A stretch of 31,056 nt of DNA from a virus. Its lineage: Duplodnaviria > Caudoviricetes. The notes below the pieces were generated by a model. The model worked only from the letters and a program-made list of their open reading frames with translations. It made no database searches and was not told the DNA's origin. The translations under genes and the position numbers were made by a program. Positions 10,005-17,716 of the stretch are shown piece by piece; within the stretch, counting starts at the first letter, position 1; each line of letters opens with the position of its first letter. The DNA lies in the IMG/VR virus record IMGVR_UViG_3300025119_000015, positions 1 to 31,056 of that record. One strand, given 5' to 3'.

Positions 10005-10997
10005 ATGGAATTTAAACCTCTCAGCGTTAAAGATTATTTGGCTCTTACCTTTCCAGATAATGATATTATTGGTTCAGGAATCCTTACAGCTCAAAGTGTT
10101 CTTGTCTTAGGTGGACATCCAGGGATAGGAAAATCGGTTATGGTAACACAGATGGGGTATGAGCTATCTCAGGGCAAGGACATACTAAATACTTTTAAGG
10201 CAAAGAAAAGCAAGGTTCTTCTTCTTCAAGAAGAGATAGGCCCCAAAAACTTTCAGAATAGGCTAATAAAAGTAGTGAGTCATTATGGAGATAGTGATTC
10301 ATTTTTGATTATTAGTTCAGCCAGCTTTACATTTGACGATCCAATATTAGTGCTGCATTTAAAGTCGTTCATTATTAAATATTCAGTAGAGATTGTTATT
10401 CTTGACCCACTTTATAAGATACACGGGAGAAACGAAAGCGATCCGACAGATATGGCACGTCTCTTCCAGCTTATGAGTAAGTTGATTAATGACCTAAAAA
10501 TATCCGTCATCCTTGTTCATCACTTACGTAAGCCGCCACAACTTCATAAAGGTGAGGTATTAGTTACGGGTATGATGGACTTTAGAGGTTCTGCAATACA
10601 AGCTTGGGCTGATACGATGATGCTAATTGAAGAAACTGATGTCAAAGACCGTATTAGGCTATCGTTTCCCAAAACCCGCAACGCGCCTGAAGAGATTCGG
10701 GCTATGTATCTTACATTTGACAGAGACCATCTTAGATTCTCCACTGTTAATACCGGCTCTCAACCTATTAATATCAAAGAAGAAATCCTTGGAATACTTA
10801 GTCCAAATGGGGGTATCTCTGAGGCTAATCTGCTCAGTCAGTTCAAATGCAAGTATGGTAAGGAGGTTAATACTATAAGAATAAAGAGTGAGCTTCAGAT
10901 ACTAAAACGAGTAGGGGCCGTGAATCTGTCAGGTGGACTTCTTAATTCTAGTGTTCCTCAGTCAGATCCTGGCGATCCTTGGGCTACTCAATGGTAA
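10005..10997 (+). CDS. RepA/AAA_25-family replicative helicase
   Basis: Walker A GHPGIGKS, Walker B IVILDP, 'LVHHLRK', 'FRGS', 'K.RN'; possible C-terminal winged helix. Confidence 0.85.
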   Translation: MEFKPLSVKDYLALTFPDNDIIGSGILTAQSVLVLGGHPGIGKSVMVTQMGYELSQGKDILNTFKAKKSKVLLLQEEIGPKNFQNRLIKVVSHYGDSDSFLIISSASFTFDDPILVLHLKSFIIKYSVEIVILDPLYKIHGRNESDPTDMARLFQLMSKLINDLKISVILVHHLRKPPQLHKGEVLVTGMMDFRGSAIQAWADTMMLIEETDVKDRIRLSFPKTRNAPEEIRAMYLTFDRDHLRFSTVNTGSQPINIKEEILGILSPNGGISEANLLSQFKCKYGKEVNTIRIKSELQILKRVGAVNLSGGLLNSSVPQSDPGDPWATQW

Positions 10998-11015
10998 TAG
11001 TAGGAAGGTTTAGAT

Positions 11016-11585
11016 ATTCGATTAACACTAGAGATACTCCTAATCACAGTAGTATCATTAGTTCTAAGCATCGGAGCGATAGTAAGTGCAGATGATAGTC
11101 AGGAAGAACCTGTGATTCCTGATAAGGGAGAGATGTTTTATGATCTTCCTGTTACAGCAAGCCCGAACATTCTTCTGGCGACTCCGGCACCCGAAGTGGC
11201 GGACGTGGTGCTACAGCCATCGCCAAGTCCAACCATGCCGGTGCCGGATACAGAAAGTCTTGACAGATCACAGAATGACACGCCAGGTTCATTTGATGCG
11301 ATCCTTACTAGAGTCTTTGGGGCCTATAGCGCCAAGGCTTACAGAGTCGCAGATTGCGAGACAGGCAAGAAATTATCTGCAGGACTAGACCCATTTGAGT
11401 TAAATCGAACAGAGGCTGGAGCTGCAGGTGAAGTAAGTATATGGCAAATCCACCCTGTTCACTTCTGGAAATACGATAGAGCTAGACTACAGAGCGATCT
11501 TGAATATGCCGCACAGGCAGCATGGGAGATATCAGGATATGGTACTAACTGGACAGGCCCCTGGGCAATCTGTGGTTGGCAATGA
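11016..11585 (+). CDS. Secreted lytic transglycosylase-like (lysozyme-fold) protein
   Basis: 'RVADCETG...G.VSIWQI...AAQAAWEI..G..W..PW..CG' SLT-like pattern after a Pro/Ser/Thr linker. The frame extends upstream of the GTG at 11112 through a signal-peptide-like stretch to ATT 11016, which has SD AGGAAGG. Confidence 0.65.
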   Translation: MRLTLEILLITVVSLVLSIGAIVSADDSQEEPVIPDKGEMFYDLPVTASPNILLATPAPEVADVVLQPSPSPTMPVPDTESLDRSQNDTPGSFDAILTRVFGAYSAKAYRVADCETGKKLSAGLDPFELNRTEAGAAGEVSIWQIHPVHFWKYDRARLQSDLEYAAQAAWEISGYGTNWTGPWAICGWQ

Positions 11586-12190
11586 TACTCTCAGATAGAG
11601 ATATTCTACAAAGAGCCAATGATAATATTAAGGCGCTTGGCCTCAAGATAGACCCATTTACTCTTAAACAACTACAGCCATCATCTTATGACCTACGACT
11701 GTCTCCTTATTTCTGGAAGATGGAAGATGGCGCAATTGATACAGCAAATCTAGATACAGAGGCTATGCAGGCACTCGTTATAGATTTGACGGATTCGTCA
11801 TCTGTTCTTGGTAATCATATTACAGACTCAAATATGATTATCCGTCCTAATGAATTTATACTAGGAAGCACAATAGAAAGAGTCCAGATTCCTATAGACC
11901 TTGTTGCGAGACTAGAAGGTAAGTCCTCTCTAGGTAGACTAGGGCTTATCGTTCACGCTACCGCTGGATTTGTTGATCCAGGCTTCAGTGGACATCTTAC
12001 GCTAGAGTTATGCAATCTAAGTTCTCGTCCTATTAGAATGTATCATAATATGCTTATAGCACAAATAACCTTTATACAAATGTCCAGTCCTTCTCAAAAT
12101 CCTTATGGACATTTCTCTCTTCACTCTAGATATCAACATCAGTCCATGACTCCCGTACCTTACAGACCGTCACAGAGCGAAAAGCCCTGA
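11582..12190 (+). CDS. dcd: dCTP deaminase
   Basis: 'ILSDRDI', 'QLQPSSYDLRL', 'ARLEGKSSLGRLGL.VHATAGFVDPGFSGHLTLEL', 'IAQI.F', 'RYQ.Q'. Confidence 0.95.
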   Translation: MILSDRDILQRANDNIKALGLKIDPFTLKQLQPSSYDLRLSPYFWKMEDGAIDTANLDTEAMQALVIDLTDSSSVLGNHITDSNMIIRPNEFILGSTIERVQIPIDLVARLEGKSSLGRLGLIVHATAGFVDPGFSGHLTLELCNLSSRPIRMYHNMLIAQITFIQMSSPSQNPYGHFSLHSRYQHQSMTPVPYRPSQSEKP

Positions 12191-12206
12191 GAAGTCCAGA
12201 GAGGCA

Positions 12207-12311
12207 TGACTAACAATGTTAACATCGGTCATCAATCTAAGGCCAAAATGAGATGTCCTTGGATACCGTGCAACCCTTGAAACTAGTGACTAACAATGTT
12301 AACATCGGTCA
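12207..12311. repeat. Two exact 25-bp direct repeats TGACTAACAATGTTAACATCGGTCA (12207-12231, 12287-12311)
   Basis: Identical copies 80 bp apart; each contains the palindrome ATGTTAACAT and has TGAC...GTCA ends. Confidence 0.9.
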
Positions 12312-12468
12312 AAACTCGCAGGACGACTGTGACCATGTATGTCCTGGCCCTCACAGTGATAGAACTTATGGACAGATAAGGATTCGGTGTTGTAATGTTT
12401 GTCCAGCGTGTTATGATGACATCAGGTACGGATGCATGAACGAGCATATAAGGGAGTGCCATAAATGA
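12253..12468 (+). CDS. Small Cys/His-rich hypothetical protein
   Basis: CxHxC, CCxxCxxC and C/H C-terminus; ATGA-type overlap with the next gene; start uncertain. Confidence 0.55.
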   Translation: MSLDTVQPLKLVTNNVNIGQNSQDDCDHVCPGPHSDRTYGQIRIRCCNVCPACYDDIRYGCMNEHIRECHK

Positions 12469-12731
12469 AACCTCAGCGTGTAGTTAATGGCAAAAGAATC
12501 AATATCAATATGTCTAACAGACTACGCGATCTAAGACTAGAAGCAAAGTTAACTCAGGACGCTATTGCTGAGAGACTTGAGATTCCTAGAGGGACATACT
12601 CTACTCTAGAATCTGGTGTCTGTCTACCGACTGAAGATGTTCTTAAAGACTTAACTTCTATACTAAACTGCAAGCCTGAAGATATATATGCTGTCGTTTA
12701 TCTTGATATCATTAAATTGGAGGGTTTCTAA
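12465..12731 (+). CDS. XRE-family helix-turn-helix regulator
   Basis: 'NRLRDLR....LTQDAIAERLEIPRGTYSTLESG..LP......L..IL......IY'. Confidence 0.9.
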   Translation: MKPQRVVNGKRININMSNRLRDLRLEAKLTQDAIAERLEIPRGTYSTLESGVCLPTEDVLKDLTSILNCKPEDIYAVVYLDIIKLEGF

Positions 12732-12919
12732 TGGCCACAAGTGATTTCCGCTACATTCTCGCAGGTCAGGCAGCAGCCATCATCCAAGACCTAGAGGAGT
12801 TCATTGAGGCTCTGACGACGACCCAAGAGCAGTGGTCACCCGCTTTAGGGGTACAGCGCATCAATGCCGCTAAGGCGAAGATGGACGCTCTTCTGGCAAG
12901 GATTAAGGTCGGTTCCTAA
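12731..12919 (+). CDS. Hypothetical protein
   Basis: SD GGAGGG; TAATG coupling; helical 62-aa product. Confidence 0.65.
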   Translation: MATSDFRYILAGQAAAIIQDLEEFIEALTTTQEQWSPALGVQRINAAKAKMDALLARIKVGS

Positions 12920-13045
12920 CTTACTCCAGTGGCAGGGTGGTTTACTAATATAGACATTAAAATAGAGAGCTTCTAATGTCTAAAGTGCATACTGCAGTAG
13001 AGAATTGTGACTGGACATCTGTAAGGACAGAACTAGAATTCGATA

Positions 13046-13249
13046 ATGCAGACCATAAACCGAAATGGATATTTACAGTCTATTGGGCTTGCCCCTGTGG
13101 TGAAATCAGGAGAGCATCAAAGACATTCTATGCAGAAGATTTGTAGACACTGCCGCCAAGTTATTGAGCCTATATATCTTAGAGTGATAAGTACTGGCTA
13201 TATTATAACAATACGTGACTACTGTACAGGCTGCAAACGAAGAGGCTAA
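13046..13249 (+). CDS. Small zinc-ribbon hypothetical protein
   Basis: CRHC...CTGC; SD-like AAGGA upstream. Confidence 0.5.
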   Translation: MQTINRNGYLQSIGLAPVVKSGEHQRHSMQKICRHCRQVIEPIYLRVISTGYIITIRDYCTGCKRRG

Positions 13250-13250
13250 A

Positions 13251-16200
13251 ATGCAATTAACTGACGTTGGGCAAGAACTTTTTGAGAGACGATACAGATG
13301 GCATAATGAAGACTCTGACGGTATGTTTACTAGAGTCGCAGAACATATCGCGTTAGCTGAAAACAAGGAGCAACGGAGCGAATACAAAGACAAATTCTTT
13401 GAATTAATGTCATCGCTCCGGTTCTTACCAAACTCCCCCACACTCTTTAATGCTGGGACAGGTCAAGGGCTACTTAGTGCTTGCTTTACTTTTTATGTAG
13501 AAGACAGTCTAGTATCTATTATGGAGTGTCATAGACTTGCTGGATTAGTGATGAAATACGGCGGTGGTGTAGGCTATGGTTTTAGTCGTGTGAGACCAGC
13601 AGGAGCAGAGATTAAAACTGTTCAGGGCAAAGCTTGTGGGCCTGTGAATTTACTGCCTTATTATAATGGTATAGCAGAACTAATAACTCAAGGTGGAAGA
13701 CGGTCTGGTGCTCAGATAGGCATTCTGTCTGTAGAGCATCCAGATATAAGAGATTTCATACATTTCAAGGACGAGAACCCTGATAGCTTACAAACATTCA
13801 ATATATCAGTTGCTATCAATGATGGGTTTATGGAACGATATCAGAATGGCGACATTGAGGCTAGGCAGATATTAAAAGAGATTTCAGAATCAGCTTGGCG
13901 AACAGGCGATCCTGGTGTTTGGTTTATAGATACTGTAAACGCAGCAAATTCTACACCGTGGCTTGGGAGGCTAGAGTCCTGTAATCCCTGTCTTAGTCCA
14001 GATACGCTTATAGCTACTAAAGATGGGCTTATTCCAATTAAGGATATTCCTCAAGCCTGGAAATCTGGATATAAGCCGATTTATAAAATAACTACTTTGG
14101 AGGGATACGAAGTTTTTGCAACGGCAGACCATCAATTCTATACACAAGAAGAAGGTTGGACTTCTGTTAAACAACTAGAAGATAAAAGAATCCGTATATG
14201 TAACACCTCAGCTTTTGGTATAGATGGAAATAGAGACATAGGGTTAGTGCTTGGATGGCTTTCTGGAGATGGGCATATAAGTGAGAATCAGAAGTCAATT
14301 CTTTGTTTTGATAAAATAGAGAAATCAGATGCCTGCACGGTAGTTTTAAATGCCTATCAAAATATACTTGGTTTCTCATCACAGCATACTTGGGGTAGAC
14401 AAACTAGAGTAGCTTCTATGAAACTGTCAAGATTATCTACATCTTGGCAACCTGATGAAAAGTTTCCAGAACGAATGCTTATCGCTAATGAGGAATGTCA
14501 GTCAGCTTATCTTTCAGCTTTGTTCAGTGCAGACGGAACTGTTACAGGAACCCAGCAAAAAGGAATAAGTGTTCGGTTATCAAGCTCTAAATTGCATCTC
14601 TTAAGACGTGTTCAGTTATTACTCCGTAATTTTAATATCTATTCTAAGATATATCAGAACAGACGCTTTGCTGGGTATCGAGATCTGCCAGATCAAAAAG
14701 GTGGAACTAAAGAATATTATTGCGAAGCACAGCATGAATTAGTTATCAGTAATACATCTCTGAGGCAGTTTGCTAATGAAATAGGATTTATAGTTCATGC
14801 TAAGCAAGAGAGATTAATTCATCTTCTATCACAATATAAGAGGGCAATAAATCTAGATAGCGAATGGGCAAGAGTTAAAACCATAGAGTATTTCTGTGAT
14901 GGGGATGTATGGGATATCTCTTCTATTACAGAGTCTATTTCAGCCAATGGTCTTTTAGCTCATAATTGCGGCGAAGTTCCACTATATCATGCAGAGGCTT
15001 GCAATCTTGGAAGCTTGAACCTGGGAAAATATTTTGATACTGATACTCGTTCTATATTATGGGATAAACTAAAGTCAGATATAAGATTGGCTGCTCGATT
15101 TCTGGATGATGTTATAGATGTAAACAGCTTCCCTGATCCTATAATCACGGCAGCAGTTAGCAAAACACGTAAGATAGGTTTAGGTGTTATGGGATGGGCA
15201 GATGTGCTTGCCTTATCTGATATTCCATATGACTCGGATACTGCTATTAATCTAGCTGGCGAAGTTATGGAGTTTATTCAAAAGACTGCTGATAGAGCCA
15301 GTTACGAATTAGGTCAGGAACGAGGTATAGCACCAGCATTTGACTGTGATGAGGCTCCCTCTGTTCTTGGACTCGCAACCAGAAATGTTACTCGTACCTG
15401 TATAGCTCCAACAGGTTCTATTTCGCAACTGGCCGGATGTTCTTCTGGTATAGAGCCTCATTATGAGCTGGAGTATAAGCGCACCATGTTCGACAAAGGT
15501 GTACCGATAGAGCTTCATGTCAGAGAACCTGTTCTGGACATTCTCCAAGAGCTAGGCTTAAACCTACCCAAAACGGCTCTTGAAATTAGTCCTGAATGGC
15601 ACATAAAACATCAAGCTGCATTCCAACGATATACTAATCTAGCTGTCTCCAAGACGATAAATCTACCCGAAACTGCCACGGTTAATGACATCGAAACGAG
15701 TTTTGTTAAGATGTGGGAATCGGGATGTAAGGGTGGTACTATATATAGAGACAAGAGCCGTGAAACACAAGTTCTAGGCGAAAACCGCAGGAAAGTTAAT
15801 GGCCGTAAGAGACTTCCAGATGAAAGGAAGTCTATTACCCATAAGTTTAAAGTAGGAGATCAGGAAGGATACCTTACAGTAGGTCTGTATGATGACGGCA
15901 AACCTGGAGAATTGTTCGTTAAGATAGCAAAAGAAGGTTCAACTGTTGCAGGCGTCTATGATGCTATAGGTATTCAGACTAGTCTCTTATTACAGTATGG
16001 TGTATCGCTGGAGAGTATAGCAGGAAAACTTTCTGGAATGCGGTTTGAACCTTCAGGTCTTACAAGCAACCCTGAGATACCTTTTGCATTTTCTATCCCT
16101 GATTATATTTATAGATGGCTAATGTCTAAATTTGGTAGTAATATTAACAGTCCTGTCATTACCGGACTATTTTGTCCTGACTGTACCAGTCAACTCTTAG

Positions 16201-16259
16201 CACAGGAAGGATGCTTAAAGTGTGAAAACAAAGCGTGTGGCTTTAACAGATGTGGATAA
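13251..16259 (+). CDS. nrdJ: Class II (adenosylcobalamin-dependent) ribonucleotide reductase with intein
   Basis: 'FLPNSPTLFNAG', 'LSACF', 'QGGRRSGA', 'NPC..GE.PL...ACNLGSLNL', 'IAPTGSIS...CSSGIEP', C-terminal TSCPD-like domain and Zn ribbon. The ATG at 13251 (SD GAGG) is preferred over GTG 13215. Confidence 0.93.
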   Translation: MQLTDVGQELFERRYRWHNEDSDGMFTRVAEHIALAENKEQRSEYKDKFFELMSSLRFLPNSPTLFNAGTGQGLLSACFTFYVEDSLVSIMECHRLAGLVMKYGGGVGYGFSRVRPAGAEIKTVQGKACGPVNLLPYYNGIAELITQGGRRSGAQIGILSVEHPDIRDFIHFKDENPDSLQTFNISVAINDGFMERYQNGDIEARQILKEISESAWRTGDPGVWFIDTVNAANSTPWLGRLESCNPCLSPDTLIATKDGLIPIKDIPQAWKSGYKPIYKITTLEGYEVFATADHQFYTQEEGWTSVKQLEDKRIRICNTSAFGIDGNRDIGLVLGWLSGDGHISENQKSILCFDKIEKSDACTVVLNAYQNILGFSSQHTWGRQTRVASMKLSRLSTSWQPDEKFPERMLIANEECQSAYLSALFSADGTVTGTQQKGISVRLSSSKLHLLRRVQLLLRNFNIYSKIYQNRRFAGYRDLPDQKGGTKEYYCEAQHELVISNTSLRQFANEIGFIVHAKQERLIHLLSQYKRAINLDSEWARVKTIEYFCDGDVWDISSITESISANGLLAHNCGEVPLYHAEACNLGSLNLGKYFDTDTRSILWDKLKSDIRLAARFLDDVIDVNSFPDPIITAAVSKTRKIGLGVMGWADVLALSDIPYDSDTAINLAGEVMEFIQKTADRASYELGQERGIAPAFDCDEAPSVLGLATRNVTRTCIAPTGSISQLAGCSSGIEPHYELEYKRTMFDKGVPIELHVREPVLDILQELGLNLPKTALEISPEWHIKHQAAFQRYTNLAVSKTINLPETATVNDIETSFVKMWESGCKGGTIYRDKSRETQVLGENRRKVNGRKRLPDERKSITHKFKVGDQEGYLTVGLYDDGKPGELFVKIAKEGSTVAGVYDAIGIQTSLLLQYGVSLESIAGKLSGMRFEPSGLTSNPEIPFAFSIPDYIYRWLMSKFGSNINSPVITGLFCPDCTSQLLAQEGCLKCENKACGFNRCG
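13989..14966 (+). mobile_element. Intein (326 aa) with LAGLIDADG homing endonuclease
   Basis: Starts CLSPDTLI, block B 'ATADHQF', LAGLIDADG blocks 'VLGWLSGDG' and 'YLSALFSADG', ends 'ANGLLAHN' followed by Cys; removal restores NPCGE. Confidence 0.95.
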
Positions 16260-16386
16260 GAAGATAGAGCAGATAGAGAATCAGCTGCTAGCTATGCAAA
16301 AAGAAGTCCTGAGTTCCTGTAACAAGACTAATACATTAATCAATGGATTGTTGTTTGAACTATCGCGGCTTAAAAAGAAGTCTTAA
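16252..16386 (+). CDS. Small hypothetical protein (44 aa, MDKKIEQIENQLL...LSRLKKKS)
   Basis: GTG overlaps the RNR stop (GTGGATAA); amphipathic helical sequence; below the ORF-track cutoff. Confidence 0.45.
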   Translation: MDKKIEQIENQLLAMQKEVLSSCNKTNTLINGLLFELSRLKKKS

Positions 16387-16500
16387 TGATTCCGTGTGAG
16401 GCAGATGAATGATTGTGTTCTTGAGTAAGAGTGTCGCCGCACCCCACCTTGAGGGCTTACATCATTATAAGGAGCATCTGTCTCACACAGAGTTATTAAG
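16382..16500 (+). ncRNA. Candidate structured RNA: 26-bp closing stem enclosing nested hairpins
   Basis: 16382-16407 pairs with 16475-16500 (3 G-U, 1 mismatch); internal AATGAT/ATCATT and GTAAG/CTTAC helices. Confidence 0.6.
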
Positions 16501-16515
16501 GCAAGGAGAATAAAT

Positions 16516-17586
16516 ATGCTTGAAGGTATTGATATTTCTTATTGGCAAGGCGCTGTTAATTGGCAGGCACTAGATACAGCAGACAAGAAGTTTGTTATTA
16601 TACGTGGTGGAGACGGAGCGTTTCGAGACCCGCGCCGTGTTGAGTATGCTAAAGGTGCTAAGAGTATCGGTATACCTGTCATTGAAACCTATCATTTTCT
16701 GAGATGGAAACTGTCAGCGGCTAATATGGCCTCTCTTTGTCGCGAGTCTTATGAAGCAGTACAGAATGCTGCTGGTCAACCTGGGAGATTATGGCTAGAT
16801 TGTGAGGATACTGATCCTGTCTCGATAACATTCACATGGCTACAAGATGTAATCTCTAGATTAAGTGATCTGCCGTTAGGTGTTTACACAGGTTCCTGGT
16901 GGTGGAATCCTAAAATGCCTGCGAACCATGGGTTAGATAGTATGAAGCGTTGGTTCTCAGGATATCTAAAGAACAATACTCTACGTAGTGATCCTACAGT
17001 ATTGGGACTTCAGCCGATAATACCACGGGGCTTTACTGGTTGGGATATCTGGCAATATACAAGTCTTGGGACAGTTGCTGGAATTAATGCATCAGTAGAC
17101 CTAAATATTGCGAAGGAAACAATAGTAGTAGTAGAAGAGGAGGAAGATATGATGCCACCACTGAAAATCGTTAAGGCACGAAATCGAGATAGTGAACCAT
17201 CCTGGTTAATTAATGGTACTCATAAGATGGGAGTCCCAGGTGGTGCAGAGGGAGAGCAGATTAGGCGCGATCTCTATAACTTAGGTTATACTGGTTCTGA
17301 GACCGAGAATATCTCAGTTGGGTCAGAGTTTACAGACTGGCTTCTCGATGTTCCAAAACTGTTCAATAATGTACTCACAGTTCTACAAGGCCACATGGAC
17401 TTCGCTGAGAAGCGGCGTAATGAGCATGGTGATAGGTTGTATGATGCTATTCAGGCCCTAGAAGCCGATGGTGTATCAGGCGACTTGCTTGCTGTTCTGC
17501 AGAGCGAAGCTGGGCGTACCATTCTTCGCAACGAGGCTAAGTGGGGAGTCTTCGACTTTATGAAGTTGGGTTTCGAGGGACTGTAA
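16516..17586 (+). CDS. GH25 muramidase (endolysin)
   Basis: 'GIDISYWQG', 'YHF', 'WLDCED', 'GVYT', 'WQYTS.G.V.GI...VDLN'; SD AAGGAG. Confidence 0.92.
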   Translation: MLEGIDISYWQGAVNWQALDTADKKFVIIRGGDGAFRDPRRVEYAKGAKSIGIPVIETYHFLRWKLSAANMASLCRESYEAVQNAAGQPGRLWLDCEDTDPVSITFTWLQDVISRLSDLPLGVYTGSWWWNPKMPANHGLDSMKRWFSGYLKNNTLRSDPTVLGLQPIIPRGFTGWDIWQYTSLGTVAGINASVDLNIAKETIVVVEEEEDMMPPLKIVKARNRDSEPSWLINGTHKMGVPGGAEGEQIRRDLYNLGYTGSETENISVGSEFTDWLLDVPKLFNNVLTVLQGHMDFAEKRRNEHGDRLYDAIQALEADGVSGDLLAVLQSEAGRTILRNEAKWGVFDFMKLGFEGL

Positions 17587-17587
17587 T

Positions 17588-17716
17588 TTGTACAGGATAT
17601 GCAAGTGTTTGATTGGACTAATCCTGATAAGAGTAATCACTATTTGGGAACACGACATCAGGCAAAATCCTACACAGGCGTTGATTAATGTTTTAAGAGG
17701 GGAGGTGATGTTATGA
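17588..17716 (+). pseudogene. Remnant of a Vsr/DUF559-like endonuclease
   Basis: 42-codon TTG-start ORF ending 'RVITIWEHDIRQNP...', resembling the C-terminal IWE motif of Vsr/DUF559 nucleases; catalytic core absent. Confidence 0.45.

Noticed and set aside
12207-12311. CRISPR array
   Set aside because: Only two repeats with a 55-bp spacer and no cas operon; kept only as a direct repeat.
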